Assembly: GCF_006345805.1 (NCBI RefSeq)
Contig: NC_043000.1
Span: forward strand, 148,242,001-148,306,000
Reading direction: 5' to 3'
Source of the DNA: Octopus sinensis
Lineage: Eukaryota
Length of the DNA: 64,000 bases
The notes beneath the pieces are model-generated. The model saw nothing but the letters and a program-made list of their open reading frames with translations, searched no databases and was not told the DNA's origin. Shown here piece by piece: positions 25,761 to 38,710 of this stretch; the first letter of the stretch is position 1, and each line of letters begins with the position of its first letter. The position numbers were made by a program, and so were the translations under genes.

Positions 25761-26155
25761 TTGTGTGGAATTTTTTTTTCCGATTCTAATTTTTCATTAA
25801 ATTTACTACTACACAACTGTAACTAAGAACATGGAGATTATGATATTAAATAGTTTCTCCCCACCTGTGAAACACTTAATAAAAAATAAACTGTGATTTA
25901 AAAATAATGAATAACAATGGCTGGGTTCCATGTGCAGAAACAGAAAATTCTTCAATCTTTTGCAAGTGTATATGAACTCCACTCTTGAATACTGGTTAGT
26001 GCATGTCTTCTACTGCACACACACACACACACACTCACTCTCTCTAGATCGGGAATGGGAGAATCTCCTCAGTATGAAAAGAAATTCCAAGTGCAAATGA
26101 ACCCATGAAGGTCATTGAGAAAATTAGCAAATTAAAAATTTTTTTTGTATAAGTT

Positions 26156-26465
26156 TGGCATGTAAAAAGCACCATCTGAATCGTGGCCGAAGCCAGTGTC
26201 ACCTCGACTGGCTTCTGTGCCGGTGGCACATAAAATGCACCAATCCGACCGTGGCCATTGCCAGCCTCGCCTGGCACCTGTGCGGGTGGCACGTAAAAAG
26301 CACCCACTACACTCACGGAGTGGTTGGCGTTAGGAAGGGCATCCAGCTGTAGAAACACTGCCAGATCAGACTGGAGCCTGGTGCAGCCTTCTGGCTTGCC
26401 AGATCCCCGGTCAAACCGTCCAACCCATGCTAGCATGGAGAACGGACGTTAAACGATGATGATGA
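26156..26465 (+). mobile_element. RTE 3' UTR/tail copy
   Basis: Three GGCAC.TAAAAAGCACC modules, then the conserved tail and (GAT)n. Confidence 0.9.
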
Positions 26466-26783
26466 AGTTACTAAGCTCTGAATTTGAAAAACCTAATGTG
26501 TTTTTATGGATTTCAACAGAAGATGGTTTCAAATTTGAATGAGGGTAAAATTCTGTGAGTAGGAGAGGTGCTTCCTCCTCTATTATAAATAGTATCCAAG
26601 GGAAAAAAAATCATCTCCTTTAGAAGCAAGCTTTCTCTTACTGGCCACTTCCAAACACTGATGCACTATTAGGGCTATATCCTTTGTTTATCCTTTCTGC
26701 AGCTGAACTTGTTGACTTTAAAATACTATCTAAACCCACTTGATGTCCCTACCACTAACTATTTTATGTAATTTATATCCTGG

Positions 26784-27034
26784 ATCATCATCAGCATCAT
26801 CGTTTAGCATCCGCTTTCCATGCTGGCATGGGTTGGACAGTTCAACTGGGGTCTGGGAAGCCAGAAGGCTGCACCAGGCCCAGTCTGATCTGGCAATGTT
26901 TCTACGGCTGGATGCCCTTCCTAACGCCAACCACTCTATGAGTGTAGTGGGTGCTTTTTACGTGCCACCAGCACAGGTGCCAGACGAGGCTGGCAAACGG
27001 CCACGGTCGGATGGTGCTTTTTACGTGCCACCGG
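26784..27034 (-). mobile_element. RTE 3' UTR/tail copy
   Basis: Same family, opposite orientation to the neighbour at 26156-26465. Confidence 0.9.
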
Positions 27035-28091
27035 ATATGTATAAAAAAATATCTTTCCTAAATATGTTCCACTTACAACATCCACATATTTACATCTTCA
27101 ATGGAACAATGAAACTAATATAAATCAAATGAAACGTTAACTTAATGAGCTAAAGAGAGCCAATGGTAGCTACATGATTATTCATCCTGCTAAAAGTAGC
27201 TACCAAATCTATCTTAAATTACATTCTGCTATCTTAGGAAAGAAGGAAACACAGGATGACATGATTCTGAGTGCATTTTATGTAGGAAAAGGACAGGGTG
27301 ATCACAACTGGATTGTCTCCTTAGATTGGCTTGGTCGGGGTTGACTGGTGACTACAACAACAACAACAATACTAATTTCATTCATTTATCACTAACAGCC
27401 TTTTCTAAATGGACTCAAAAAAAAAAGAAAAAAATTTTGTGAAAAGATTCTTGGCAGGAGATATTTAAAAAAAGATACAGAAAAGATAGAAACACCTCTT
27501 CTGATGTTAACAAATTAGGAACAAATAATTAATCTTGATAGTTTTACTAACAAAGCACAAGATCAACACTGACAAGTTTGTGTTACAAATAAAATTAACT
27601 ATGAGATCTACATTGTAGACTGGTGTCATCAATTATTAGTGAATGAATCATTCAAACTGTAGTCCTCATAGGAGGAACTGACATGTTAAAGTTTTGTTTT
27701 AAATTTGATGGAGAAATAAATATCTCCAGCCAAAAATTGCTTCACAAAAATTTAAATAAAATTTTGACATTAAATTCTTATTTAGAATTAAATTTGTAAT
27801 AATAAAGTTAAAGTTAGCCTTGTTCTGAAATTATTTTGGTATTAATAACCCTTAGAGAAAACAAGTGTTCAATAAAGGAAGGATTGTAAAGCATTGAGGC
27901 CGAATGCAATCTAGCTAGCTAGGTTGTAAAAAGTTTTGTTGTTCTTCTGACCCTTAGATTATAACCTCATAATTATTTCAGATAAAATTTAAAACACACA
28001 CATTCTATATATATATTCCAGAAGCTTGAATGAGACTGGCTGTGAAACTTGAAGCAGCATGGAAACCAAATCAAACCGTTTTAAATAATAA

Positions 28092-28503
28092 CCAGCACTA
28101 TGACCCGGCGTTGCCGGGTCTAGTGCTAGTCAAGCATATTTGGTCTTTCATGAAAATCCCACTCTCTTGTCATTCACTTGGTTTAACTCATTAATCATTC
28201 CATGCATTTCTCAAATCAAAAAAGCGTACACATTTGAAAGCCAAAACACATGATAACGAGTCTTTGCAAAACACAATGATGTGCTGAGTCATAGAGACTG
28301 TCTGCAAATGCACATGTGCATTCAACTGTTGGGGTTTATCAATTTTTTTAATGGCTTTCTGGGGTGACTGGGGAAATGAAAAGATCTTCACGACCACCCT
28401 CAGACAGTTTTGAAAGCCCATAGAAAATGCGAGCCTTTTACGTGAAAAACTGTGGATTTGTATAAAGGACACACAGACATTTTGCTGTTTATAGATATAG
28501 AGA
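28092..28503 (-). mobile_element. Non-autonomous Helitron, second copy
   Basis: Shares the 5' ~170 bp and the terminal hairpin with 5576-5945; A|TC start, CTGG|T end. Confidence 0.75.
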
Positions 28504-28629
28504 TTAAGTGGTGTATTATTAAAAAGAGAAAGCAAAATTTATTCAGTGGTTGTCCTTGCATACAAGCATGTCCCCTGCATCCCTCTTCAGCTGAACTTAT
28601 GGGCTCATGAGTGCCAGTGCCACATAACA

Positions 28630-28832
28630 AGCATCTATGTCAGTGTTATGTAAAGGCACTCAGTACACTCTGTTAAGTGGGTGGCATTAGAAAGGGCATC
28701 TGGCTGTAGAAACCATGCCAAAACAGACAAGGAGCCCAAGTTGCTCTCAGCAGACCAGCTCCTGTCAAAACATCGGACCCATGCCAGAATGGAAAACAGA
28801 TGTATGATGATGATGATGATGATGATGATGAT
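28630..28832 (+). mobile_element. Older RTE tail copy
   Basis: GGCATTAGAAAGGGCATCTGGCTGTAGAAACC...(GAT)n. Confidence 0.65.
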
Positions 28833-29889
28833 GGTGGTGATTTTGGCTGTAACAAGATCTAATAGTGAAATGAAAAATTTAAGTAACTGCAATGAGCAGC
28901 AAAACTAAGTTGCACATATGGAGATGTGCAGTACTGTTGGGCGTAACATTAAACCAACCAATAACATCTGAAAGTAAAGACGTTCGTAGTTGTTAATTTG
29001 TGATTTTAAATATTTAAGATAGATTCTTAAATATGCAAATTTCCAATATCTCTGTTACAATCCCTTGACAAAAACTATTATCTAAATTGTAATTTGGCAG
29101 GTGTAGAGCTACCTTCTGATAGATACAGAATATGGAATGTACTATATGTTCTTTAATAATCATTCTTTTATTCTTTTGTCATGACCATGCTGGGGCACCA
29201 CTTTCAATGGTTTTAGTTGCTTATATCAAACCTGTTGCAGCCGGCTTCAGCAGTTGTGCGCTGTTCCATTGCTGTCTCCGCCGTTACTCGGTTTCCGATT
29301 TGATTCATTATTGAGAGCATTATAAAAATACTTTGTATTTGTTCTGCCTCTTTACATTTTTAGTTGAAATACCACTGAGGTTAGCTTTTCCTCTCATCCT
29401 TACAGGGGTCAATAAAATATAGTACCATCAAACTATTGGGGTTCATTTAATCATCTAACCCCTCCCTCATTTTATCAATCTCATAATCAACTAACCCCTC
29501 TCGATTTTATCAATCTCATAAGGGACAAATGTTTAAATCCAACTTTGCTTAAACAAATATAACTCAGGTTAACTACAAGGTATTTTTTTGTTAATGGAAA
29601 TTAAGCTGTTTCTTCATTGGGGACTGAATATAGAAATCTATTCCTTAATTGAGAACAGATTGTTTAAAGGAATTAGAGTATTTTTGAACCAGATTAGAAC
29701 CTGCTGGCTCAGTGGGCCACCCTAAATATGATCATTTACTTCTGTGCAGAGCTGGCTAGATTTTCTCATCTCCAACACTACAATTGTTAGATAAAAAAAG
29801 ACAATGACCCAGTAGACAAAAATACCAGATTCAGGAAACAAATGATAACTGGTGTGTTAGAATTTTGCAAATATCTCAACTGATGTAAG

Positions 29890-30100
29890 ATGGCGAGCTG
29901 GCAGAAACGTTAGCATACCGAGCAAAATGCTTAGTGGTATTTGTCTGCTGTTTCGTTCCGAGTTCAAATTCTGCTGAGGTTAACTTTGCCTTTCATCTTT
30001 TCGGAGGTGATAAATTAAGTACCAGTTATGTACTGGGGTTGATCTAATCGACTGGCCTCCTCCCCCAAAATTTTGAGCCTTGTGCCTAGAGTAGAAAAGA
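29890..30100 (+). mobile_element. SINE family C with alternative tail (CCTTGTGCCTAGAGTAGAAAAG)
   Basis: C-type head and core; different 3' module from 63383-63619. Confidence 0.75.
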
Positions 30101-30794
30101 ATATTTCAATTGATATCTAAGTCTACCAAACTCAAGAGCAGGAATCATATGGGTAACCAATGAAAAGCTCTAGATTTTAATCCTACTGCAGTTGACTTAA
30201 ACTTACATTTTTGGGAAAAGGAAATAAAATCTAGTTATATACAGAAGTAATGTGATATCATCATCATTTAACATCTGCCTTCCATGGGTGGGACTAGATG
30301 TGTTTAATTAATTAACCTGAATTCCAAACATCTACTGTAGTCACTTGAGCCAATTAACAAATGATGATAATAACTATCTAATTAAGGCGTAAGGCCAGCA
30401 ATTTTGAAGAAGGAGAAACCATTTATGTTGATACCTAAAGGATGTTAGGTCAAATTAACCCTGGCAGAATTTGAACTCAGAATGAAATGCCATTAAGCAT
30501 TCTGTCCAAATGCTCTAATGATTCTGCCACCTTGCTACCAATAATAATAATTGTTTCTGATATATTTCTCTAATCCATACCAGCATGAAAGACATGTGTA
30601 AAATGACAGACACAAGGTCTGAAATTTGATGGAGGGGTTAGTTGATTAAATGAACCCCAATAGCTTAATGGTACTATATTTTATTGACCCCTGTAAGGAT
30701 GAAAGGAAAAGCTAGCCTCAGTGGGATTTCAACTAAAAATGTAAAGAGGCAGAACAAATACAAAGTATTTTTATAATGCTCTCAATAATGATGG

Positions 30795-31085
30795 ACTCTC
30801 CTGTCAAAGAGGACACATGAGGGTCCATTTTTTGCTAAACAACCAGTGCAAATGATTTGTCAATAGTGATTAAATGCATCTGCTGCACATTAGCTCACTT
30901 ACTGCATCAAATTGACATTGCCTGAACAGGTGCACAGTGTACTTACACATCAGGTGTTGAAATGATCACAGAGCAACAGGAGATGACATATTTTTCTCAG
31001 GAAGACAATGCACCACCTGGTCTAGGAATTGATCTTGCAATCTTGAGTGCAACACCCTAATCACTAGGCCATGTGTCCTCACAAT
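30795..31085 (-). mobile_element. tRNA-headed SINE family I, degraded
   Basis: Minus head GTGAGGACACATGGCCTAGTGATTAGGGTGTTGCAC...GATCAATTCC. Confidence 0.5.
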
Positions 31086-31969
31086 AATAATAAAAATTTC
31101 AGATTTTGGCACCAAGGCTAACAATTTTAGAGTGAAGAGATGACAACTGTAGTGACTACAGTGCTCAACTGGTACTTATTTTACCAACTCTGAAATAATA
31201 ATCTAGGCATAAGGCCAGCAATTTTGAGGAGAGAGGATCAGTCAATACCATCAATCCCAATTCTTTGCTGGTACTTTGTTCTATAAACCCTGAAAGGATG
31301 AAAGGCAAAGATGACCTCAACAAAACTTGAACTCAGAATGTAAAGAGCTAAAAAAAAATATGGCAGAGCATTTTTCTCTTATATTAATGATTGCCAATCC
31401 ACACTTACATTTTTTGATGAATTGTGTTAATTATGTTAATTATTTCTGGAATGAAATGTATTTCTTAGATGAACCACTCCCATCTATCAAAATAAAACCA
31501 TTCACTATCATTAATTTTGAAATATATTTTATATTTTGAAATCCTCTAAAAATATTAACATCTTTTAAACTTGAGCAATCAAATCTTATTATGCTAAATA
31601 TTCCTTAACTCAATTCTTCTACAGGAAGACAAGAAAACTGGCTCAACTTATCTGGATCTTTTTGATACTGATATAAAACATTAAAATGCTAAAAGGTAAT
31701 GTTTATCCCCACTTAAAAGTGGATGTTGCATCAGAACACAGAATACTGAGAAAGTTATCACGGAAAACCTCTCATATTGGCTTTCAGTACAAATAAGGAC
31801 TCTCGTTACATCACTAGAGGGAGATAACTTGCCTGCCATCACCACCACCAAAACTACCAGATCATATGATTACAGTCTTCCCTGGCCTTGTCAATGGTAG
31901 ACATTCTCTAACACAACATCCACTTTTAAGCATGGATAAATATTACCCTTTGTTATCAACACTATTTCT

Positions 31970-32203
31970 TATTTCTTTATTACCCACAAGGGGCTAAACA
32001 TAGAGGGGACAAACAAGGACAGACAAGGGGATTAAGTCGATTACATCATCCCCAGTGCGTAACTGGTACTTAATTTATCGACCCCGAAAGGATGAAAGGC
32101 AAAGTTGACCTCGGCGGAATTTGAACTCAGAACGTAAAGACAAACAAAAAACTGCTAAGCATTTCGCCCGGCGTGCTAACGTTTCTGCCAGCTCGCCACC
32201 TTA
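31970..32203 (-). mobile_element. SINE family C with 16-bp TSD
   Basis: TATCAACACTATTTCT at 31954-31969 and 32204-32219. Confidence 0.9.
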
Positions 32204-32910
32204 TATCAACACTATTTCTGTCACTAATAATTATTTCTTAATTAAGATATTAATATTTGAATTAAAATCTTCCATCACAATTTTATGTAAGGTCAATTTT
32301 TTTTTAATGTATAGACATAAACTTAATAATGGTTTCAAAATTTGGGCCAAGGACAGCAATTTCGGGGGAAGGAATAAGTTGACTGATACTTATTTTATTG
32401 ACCCTGAAAAGAGGAAAAGCAAAGTTGACCTCAGTGACATTTGAACTCAGAACATAAAGATGAACAAAATGCTACAAAGCATTTTGACCAGCATGCTAGC
32501 AATTCTGCCAGCTCACTGCCTGACATAAGCTTAATAATGACAAAGTTAAAACAATCCTTTCTTGATTAATTTTGAAACTAATTGAAAGACATAGGTAAAA
32601 AACCCACCAAAACATTCATAATAAATTCTGCTAAATGATATATTTTTAAAAATGAATACTAAGCATTACATAATGAAAAAAAAGATCACTTACTTTAGTT
32701 CATTTACTGGAGTGTAGCTGTATGAATTTCAATTCTTGGACAGTTTAAAATATGATATCAGACGATTGACAAAACTAAAGTGAAAGAAATAGAAAAATGA
32801 AAATTAAGATCAAAACCACAACAAAAACATGCAATAACAACTTCTCAATGCAATTATTTAATTCACACGTATTTATCATGCTTTGACAAGCATAGCCAGA
32901 GAGCATTTAA

Positions 32911-33131
32911 CCCTTTCGTTACCGTATTTATTTTGAGATGCTTTGTGTTTCTGTCAATTACTTTAAATATAACAAAGAATTTAGTAAAAGAACTTAGTTA
33001 TCATTAAGCTAGTGTTGGGAACATAAATTGTGACTAAGGTTTGGTGGAAGATTTTAATTCAATACTTATGAAAGTAAGACATTTGCACCACATAGCCAGA
33101 GGCGGTTTTGGCCGAGTTGGTATCAAAAGGG
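32911..33131. mobile_element. piggyBac-type MITE family D
   Basis: TTAA-CCCTTTCGTTAC...AAAAGGG-TTAA. Confidence 0.85.
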
Positions 33132-33135
33132 TTAA

Positions 33136-33478
33136 ACTGACCATATCTGATCCAAATATTCTTCATGTTTTGTGTTTAAACCATCCAGATCTGGCCTCTT
33201 ACACCTACATTACAATGTCATTCTAAAATTAAACAATCACATCATTGAAATCTTGAAACTATGAGATAATGCAGAATTATTTCAAAACAATGTGAATGTG
33301 CGTGGCTTAGTGCTTAGGATATTCGCCACACGATTGTAAGTTTCAACTTGATCGTGAGTTCAATTCTAAATGGCGGTGCCCCAGCATGGTCACAGCTCGT
33401 GAGCTGAAACTAGATAAAAAAAAAATAAATAAATAAAATAAGCATTACATTTGATAAAGTAATCTGACTGCGAGAGGG
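33136..33478. mobile_element. MITE family E interrupted by a head-plus-tail mini-SINE (about 33297-33435)
   Basis: Colinear with 16469-16688 on both sides of the insert. Confidence 0.7.
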
Positions 33479-35629
33479 CTAAACCAAAGTTCCAGTTCCA
33501 GTAGTAGCCACTTTACTTAGTCAGTTGATACTTTTAGGTAAGGCATGAACATCTCAATTCCCATTCTTCATCTCCTGAAGTTGATAAAGTGAATTACCAA
33601 TAGATGACTACTGTTGAACACAGAACACAGTCAGTTAGGCAATTAACTAATTATTACATAAGTGTGCAGCTGATAAAATACAACCATCCTGCCACCATCA
33701 CCACCTATATTTTAAACTGAAGTGGTGTTTAGACTTTATTGAGAGAGGCTAAGCCATATTCCCCCCCACACTACTTACATCACAGAGATAACTAAAATAG
33801 GTCATTGCTTTATTCTAAAGCAGAAAAAGACAATGCAGATAGTTAAGTACTGCAAAAAGTAGAGTGTAAAGTGACTGAGAAAAGTAAAAGTAAATTGTAT
33901 ACATCTGGTTGGAAAACTATGGTTAATATGAGTCAATGAGAGAGCCCCTAAGTGACTGCTTTACCTACTAGAAACAAAACTAAATTTTCCTCAATTAGAA
34001 ACAAAACTAAATTTTCCTCAGCAGTGGCCGCGGCCTTCGGGCTAAAACATTTTTAAGGATTTTAAGGATTTATAGTAAAGAGAAAAGAAAAAGACAGGAA
34101 CATGGGATAAATGTGCCAGAGGATGGGGGTTGGGAGATAAAGAAAGGGTTGGTCGTGGCTGGAATGTTTGATCATAAATGCACTCAATCAGGGCAGATTT
34201 TTAACAATAACAAAATCAATTCTAAAGAAAACGAAATTCTATTTTTTTATATTGAGAAAGATTGATGATATTGGTTAAGTTAATACACTAGTTCTGGAGA
34301 GATAAATTTTGTGAATTACTATTATAAATAAGGCAGAATTGTTAGCACAGTGGGCAAAATGCTTAGTGACATTTCAACCATTATGTTCTGAGTTCAAATT
34401 CAGCCAGGGTTAATTTTGCTTTTCATCCTTTCAGGGTTGATAAAATAAGTACCAGTTGAGCACTGAGGTTGATCTAATTGACTTAGTTCCTCTCCCCAAA
34501 TTGCTGGCTTTGTGCCAAAATTTGAAGCCATTATTATAAGATAGTGGTATTTCTGATATCATACCAAGAGATGGTTTGTCAAAAACAGAGACACATTGAA
34601 TAATGATTCATTAGGGAGACATGCATCATTAATCATGCATAACTATACTCCCCTCATTGGTAGGTAGGTAGGTAGGTGTGTAAGTAATAAATAACATATA
34701 TATTGAGTACATTTAATATGCAATGTAAAAAATCAAGACAAAAAAAAATTATTAAAATCACAACTATCTAGTAACAGCTACATTTTAAATTAACATCAGT
34801 CTGTCACCTGAATTTGAAACAATTAAAGTAACGATTGTCATAAATTAAATTAAATATCAGGCTTGTATAATTTTTGTTTATTTTATATATAAATTCTCTG
34901 TTACTCAATTTCAGTGCTATATGAACAAATTTAATTTCATTCATTAAATTTAAAAACAGGGAAAATGTAAAATCGATGTGAAATTTATGTATACAGTATA
35001 TAATTTCATCTTTTATATTTGTTACATATTAAATATGTTCAACAAATATTTATGAAAATAGTAAAAAATTTCACACACTGGAGATAGTGTTTTAAGCTAA
35101 ACTATAATTAATGAGTTTTTTCATTAATGTGATGGAAAGTATAGAGTAAGCCAAGCTTTACTGTGGTGGTCACGATGAAACTGAAAATATCTGAGGTTGT
35201 CTCTTGTATGAGACAGAATTAAAAAGGAATATAATATATTTATCTTTTACTTGTTTCAGTCATTAGACTGCGGCCATGCTGGAGCACTGCCGTGAAGAAT
35301 TTTAGTCACATGAATCAACCCAAGTACTTATTTTTCTTGCAAGCCTGGCACTTATTCTATCAGTCTCTTTTCTTGAACTGCTAAGTTATGGCAATGTAAA
35401 CACAACACCTGTTGTCAGGCAGGGGGAAGGCAAACACAGACACTAAGACACACACTCACACATGTATATATGTACACAAGGGTAAACAATTCATGAGAAA
35501 AATAATTCCTGAAAAATTAATTTGCTAAGATATTATTAATTGTGTTATTAATCTAATCTGACTATTTGAAAAATGATAATAACAGAATCAATAATACAGG
35601 TGATTGCAGGCCCCACAAAAAGCATTAAC

Positions 35630-36139
35630 TAGCTGAAGGATTAAAATTAATCAAAGGACATACTATGTATGTCTACCTGCTGGAAATAACAGTCAAAACT
35701 CTTATTTAAATTGCCAAAATACACTGATAACTACAGAAATCAACCGAAGGCAGATCAGGTTAATAAAATCTAACGTACATTTAAGTATTTGGACTCACAT
35801 GGACCGGTTTCTGCACTGGTAAAAATTGCCTTCACTTCTTCAGCATGTGTTACCCCATGATGGAGACCCCTAACCTATCATTTTGAAATGATAGGTTAGG
35901 GGTCTCCACTATGGTAATGTGTGCTGAAAAAGCTAAGGCAATTTTTACCAGTGCAGAAACCGGTCCATGTGAGTCCAAATACTTAAATGTACGTTAAGAG
36001 ATCTTATTAACCTGATCTGTTTTCAGTTGATTTCTGTAGTTATTAGTGTATTTTGGTGATTAAATAAGAGTTTTGACTGTTATTTCCAGCAGGTAGACAT
36101 ACTTAGTATGTCCTTTGATTAATTTTAATCCTTCAGCTA
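35630..36139. repeat. 510-bp fold-back palindrome
   Basis: Arms of about 254 bp each; perfect 23-bp inner stem 35861-35883/35886-35908 around TG. Confidence 0.95.
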
Positions 36140-37433
36140 TTTATATATATATATGACAGACTTCTTTCAGTTTCTGTCTACCAAATCTAATCAGAAGGCT
36201 TTGGTTGGCCAAAGGCAATAGCAGAAGACACTTGCCCAAGGTGCTATGCAGTGGAACTGAAACTGGAACCATGTGGTTGAGAAGCTAACTCCTTACCATA
36301 CAGCCATATCCGCATCTTTTGATTAATTTTGACTAGTATTGTTCTTTTTCCCTTGCCGAATGTTCATTTCTGGTTAGTTTTTATAAGCCATGCTTTAAAT
36401 ATGCTAAGACCAACTTACCAAAGTTATCTACTAGTTTTGGAGAATGTTATTTTAAATGTGAAACTGTGTCATATAGAACAAAATATAAAAATCTGAAACT
36501 ACACTGGTCTCTAATTTTATTTTTTTTGCTTTTCCTCCCAGATAATTAGTGAGCAATATGAGAAACTACTGCAGTAATTTTGTTGAATGCCTGGGTAGGG
36601 CTCTTAACACTAAATGTTTTGGTTTAGTACATTATCAGGAACAGGCACCAAATCTTCTGAGAACATTCTCAGTCTTCATTGTCTACACAGAAGTTATCAC
36701 AAAGCCACAGCAGTAAGTATATCTTGTTATAGAGAATCCTGTTGATGTTTTACACAAAGGATAATCAAAATTAATGTTTGACTCATCAACAAGCATGACA
36801 TATAGGTTGTTTACTTTAAAGCAAAGAGGATGATAATTATAATAAGCAATTATAGTTCCCAAACAATTGAATAAATAACATACAGTTAAAGAAATATAAT
36901 ACCATCCTTAAAGAATTGATAGCTTGGGTATTCTTTCTCAAAGTTCTTTTTTTTTTTTTTTTTAACTGGTTTCAGTCTCTTCATAGTAGTGATGCTAGGG
37001 TAAGATATACTAAAGCAGATCAAGTTAACATATGGCAACTATAACTTCTTAAGGCACAAACAATCTCTCAACCATCAGTGAAATTTCATTCACGAATATC
37101 ACATTACAAAGATATTTTCTTTCAGAAATGGAAAAGAACATTAACAGAAAAAAAAAAGAAGAAAAATTTTTTTTTCCTATTTAAGTCTAATTAATGCTCA
37201 ACATGTTTATTTGGTAAGCCAGAGATATGTAGTTCAATTCCTGTCCACAAGTCAATTCCTCTTGATTTGTTTATATATGGATGTTTAATATCGTTTATAT
37301 TAAAAAAAAAAAATTACTTATAGTCTCTCTAGATTTAGTTCTCATCTACACTTCAAATCAAGATGAGCTGTTAGACAGTAGTAGGTAAAACAAGGGCTTA
37401 GTACGGTGGATAAATATTTGTAGTATTATTTAA

Positions 37434-37653
37434 CCCTTTCGTTACCAACCTGGCTGAATTCGGCTCTGGCTCTGAGTACAAATGTCTTGTTTTCATAAGT
37501 TTTGAATTAAAATCTTCCACCAAACCTTAGTCACAATTTATGTTCCTAACACTAGCTTAATGATAACTAAGTTATTTTACTAAATTCTTTGTTATATTTA
37601 AAGCAATTGAAAGAAACACAGAACATCTCAAAATAAATACAGTAATGAAAAGG
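37434..37653. mobile_element. piggyBac-type MITE family D, opposite orientation
   Basis: TTAA flanks; CCCTTTCGTTAC...GTAATGAAAAGG. Confidence 0.85.
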
Positions 37654-37913
37654 TTAACAGAGAAAAAGAAAGAACTTAGCACATAAGTGATACTGAGTTC
37701 AATTCCTGTCAGAGAACTTGGGAAATTTTTCTCTAAAATTGTTTGCATAAATATAAGCTAATTGAATTCTTTAAAGACAGCCATATTACACCAAAGAAAG
37801 AACTATTTTCACAAGCTGCAAAAAAAAACCTTTAAGTATTTGCTGTTAGAAATAACACCTGAATCTCCTCAAAATTCACATTTTAACGATTTAGAAAAAT
37901 ATGAAGGACGTAA

Positions 37914-38222
37914 GCGAACCATCCGATTGTAGCCGTTGCCAGCGCCGCCCCGACTGGCCTCCATGCCGGTGGCACATAAAAAGCACCATCCGTCTGTGGC
38001 CGTTTGCCAGCCCCATCTGGCACCTGTACCGGTGGCATGTAAAAAGCACCCACTACACTCACGGAGTGGTTGGCGTTAGGAAGGACATCCAGCTGTAGAA
38101 ACACTGCCAGATCAGACTGGGCCTGGTGCAGCCTTCTGGCTTCCCAGACCCCAGTTGAACCGTCCAACCCATGCTAGCAGGGAAAGCGGACGCTAAATGA
38201 TGATGATGATGATGATGATGAT
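37914..38222 (+). mobile_element. RTE 3' UTR/tail copy
   Basis: Family motifs and (GAT)n end. Confidence 0.9.
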
Positions 38223-38710
38223 ATCAGCAAGCTTTATCCTAAATACCCGGAGTAAAAGATAGATATTTTCATGACTGAGAGTGTCAGACCATAAACATGT
38301 TGGTCAGAGTCATATTTCTGGGATTAATGAACCTAGCTCAAAATAAGCACCATTTCATTGTTTGAATATATACTCTGAGGAGGAGTTCAGTCCCTAGTTT
38401 TACATAGCTCACTACCTAGCCATAAATAAGCAACTTTCATGAAAGTATTTTAAAAATTCCAATGTGTTCAATTTTTCCATTTAAGTATATGGAATGGAGG
38501 ACAAGCAATAGACTGGGCATTTTCTCTGAGAAGGGAAATATCTTTAAATTCTTTATGATGTAAACTGGGATAACTCTGGTTTTAATTCACTCATTAAATG
38601 TTTATTTTTTTACGGTGGGAGAACTTACTGAAATTCAGTTTAACTGCTCCTCCATATTCACACAACTTAGATTCTTCTCCACATATCATCCCTTCCACCT
38701 AATATTCTGC

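Noticed and set aside
26044-27123. 130-aa and 127-aa ORFs containing QSDLAVFLQLDALPNANH
   Set aside because: Antisense translation of the RTE 3' UTR, found in every copy
29229-29310. CpG-rich filler as TNFAIP8 exon 1
   Set aside because: The ATG frame meets the CAG|GTTTGA donor in phase 2, but the exon requires phase 1; the phase-1 frame has no ATG
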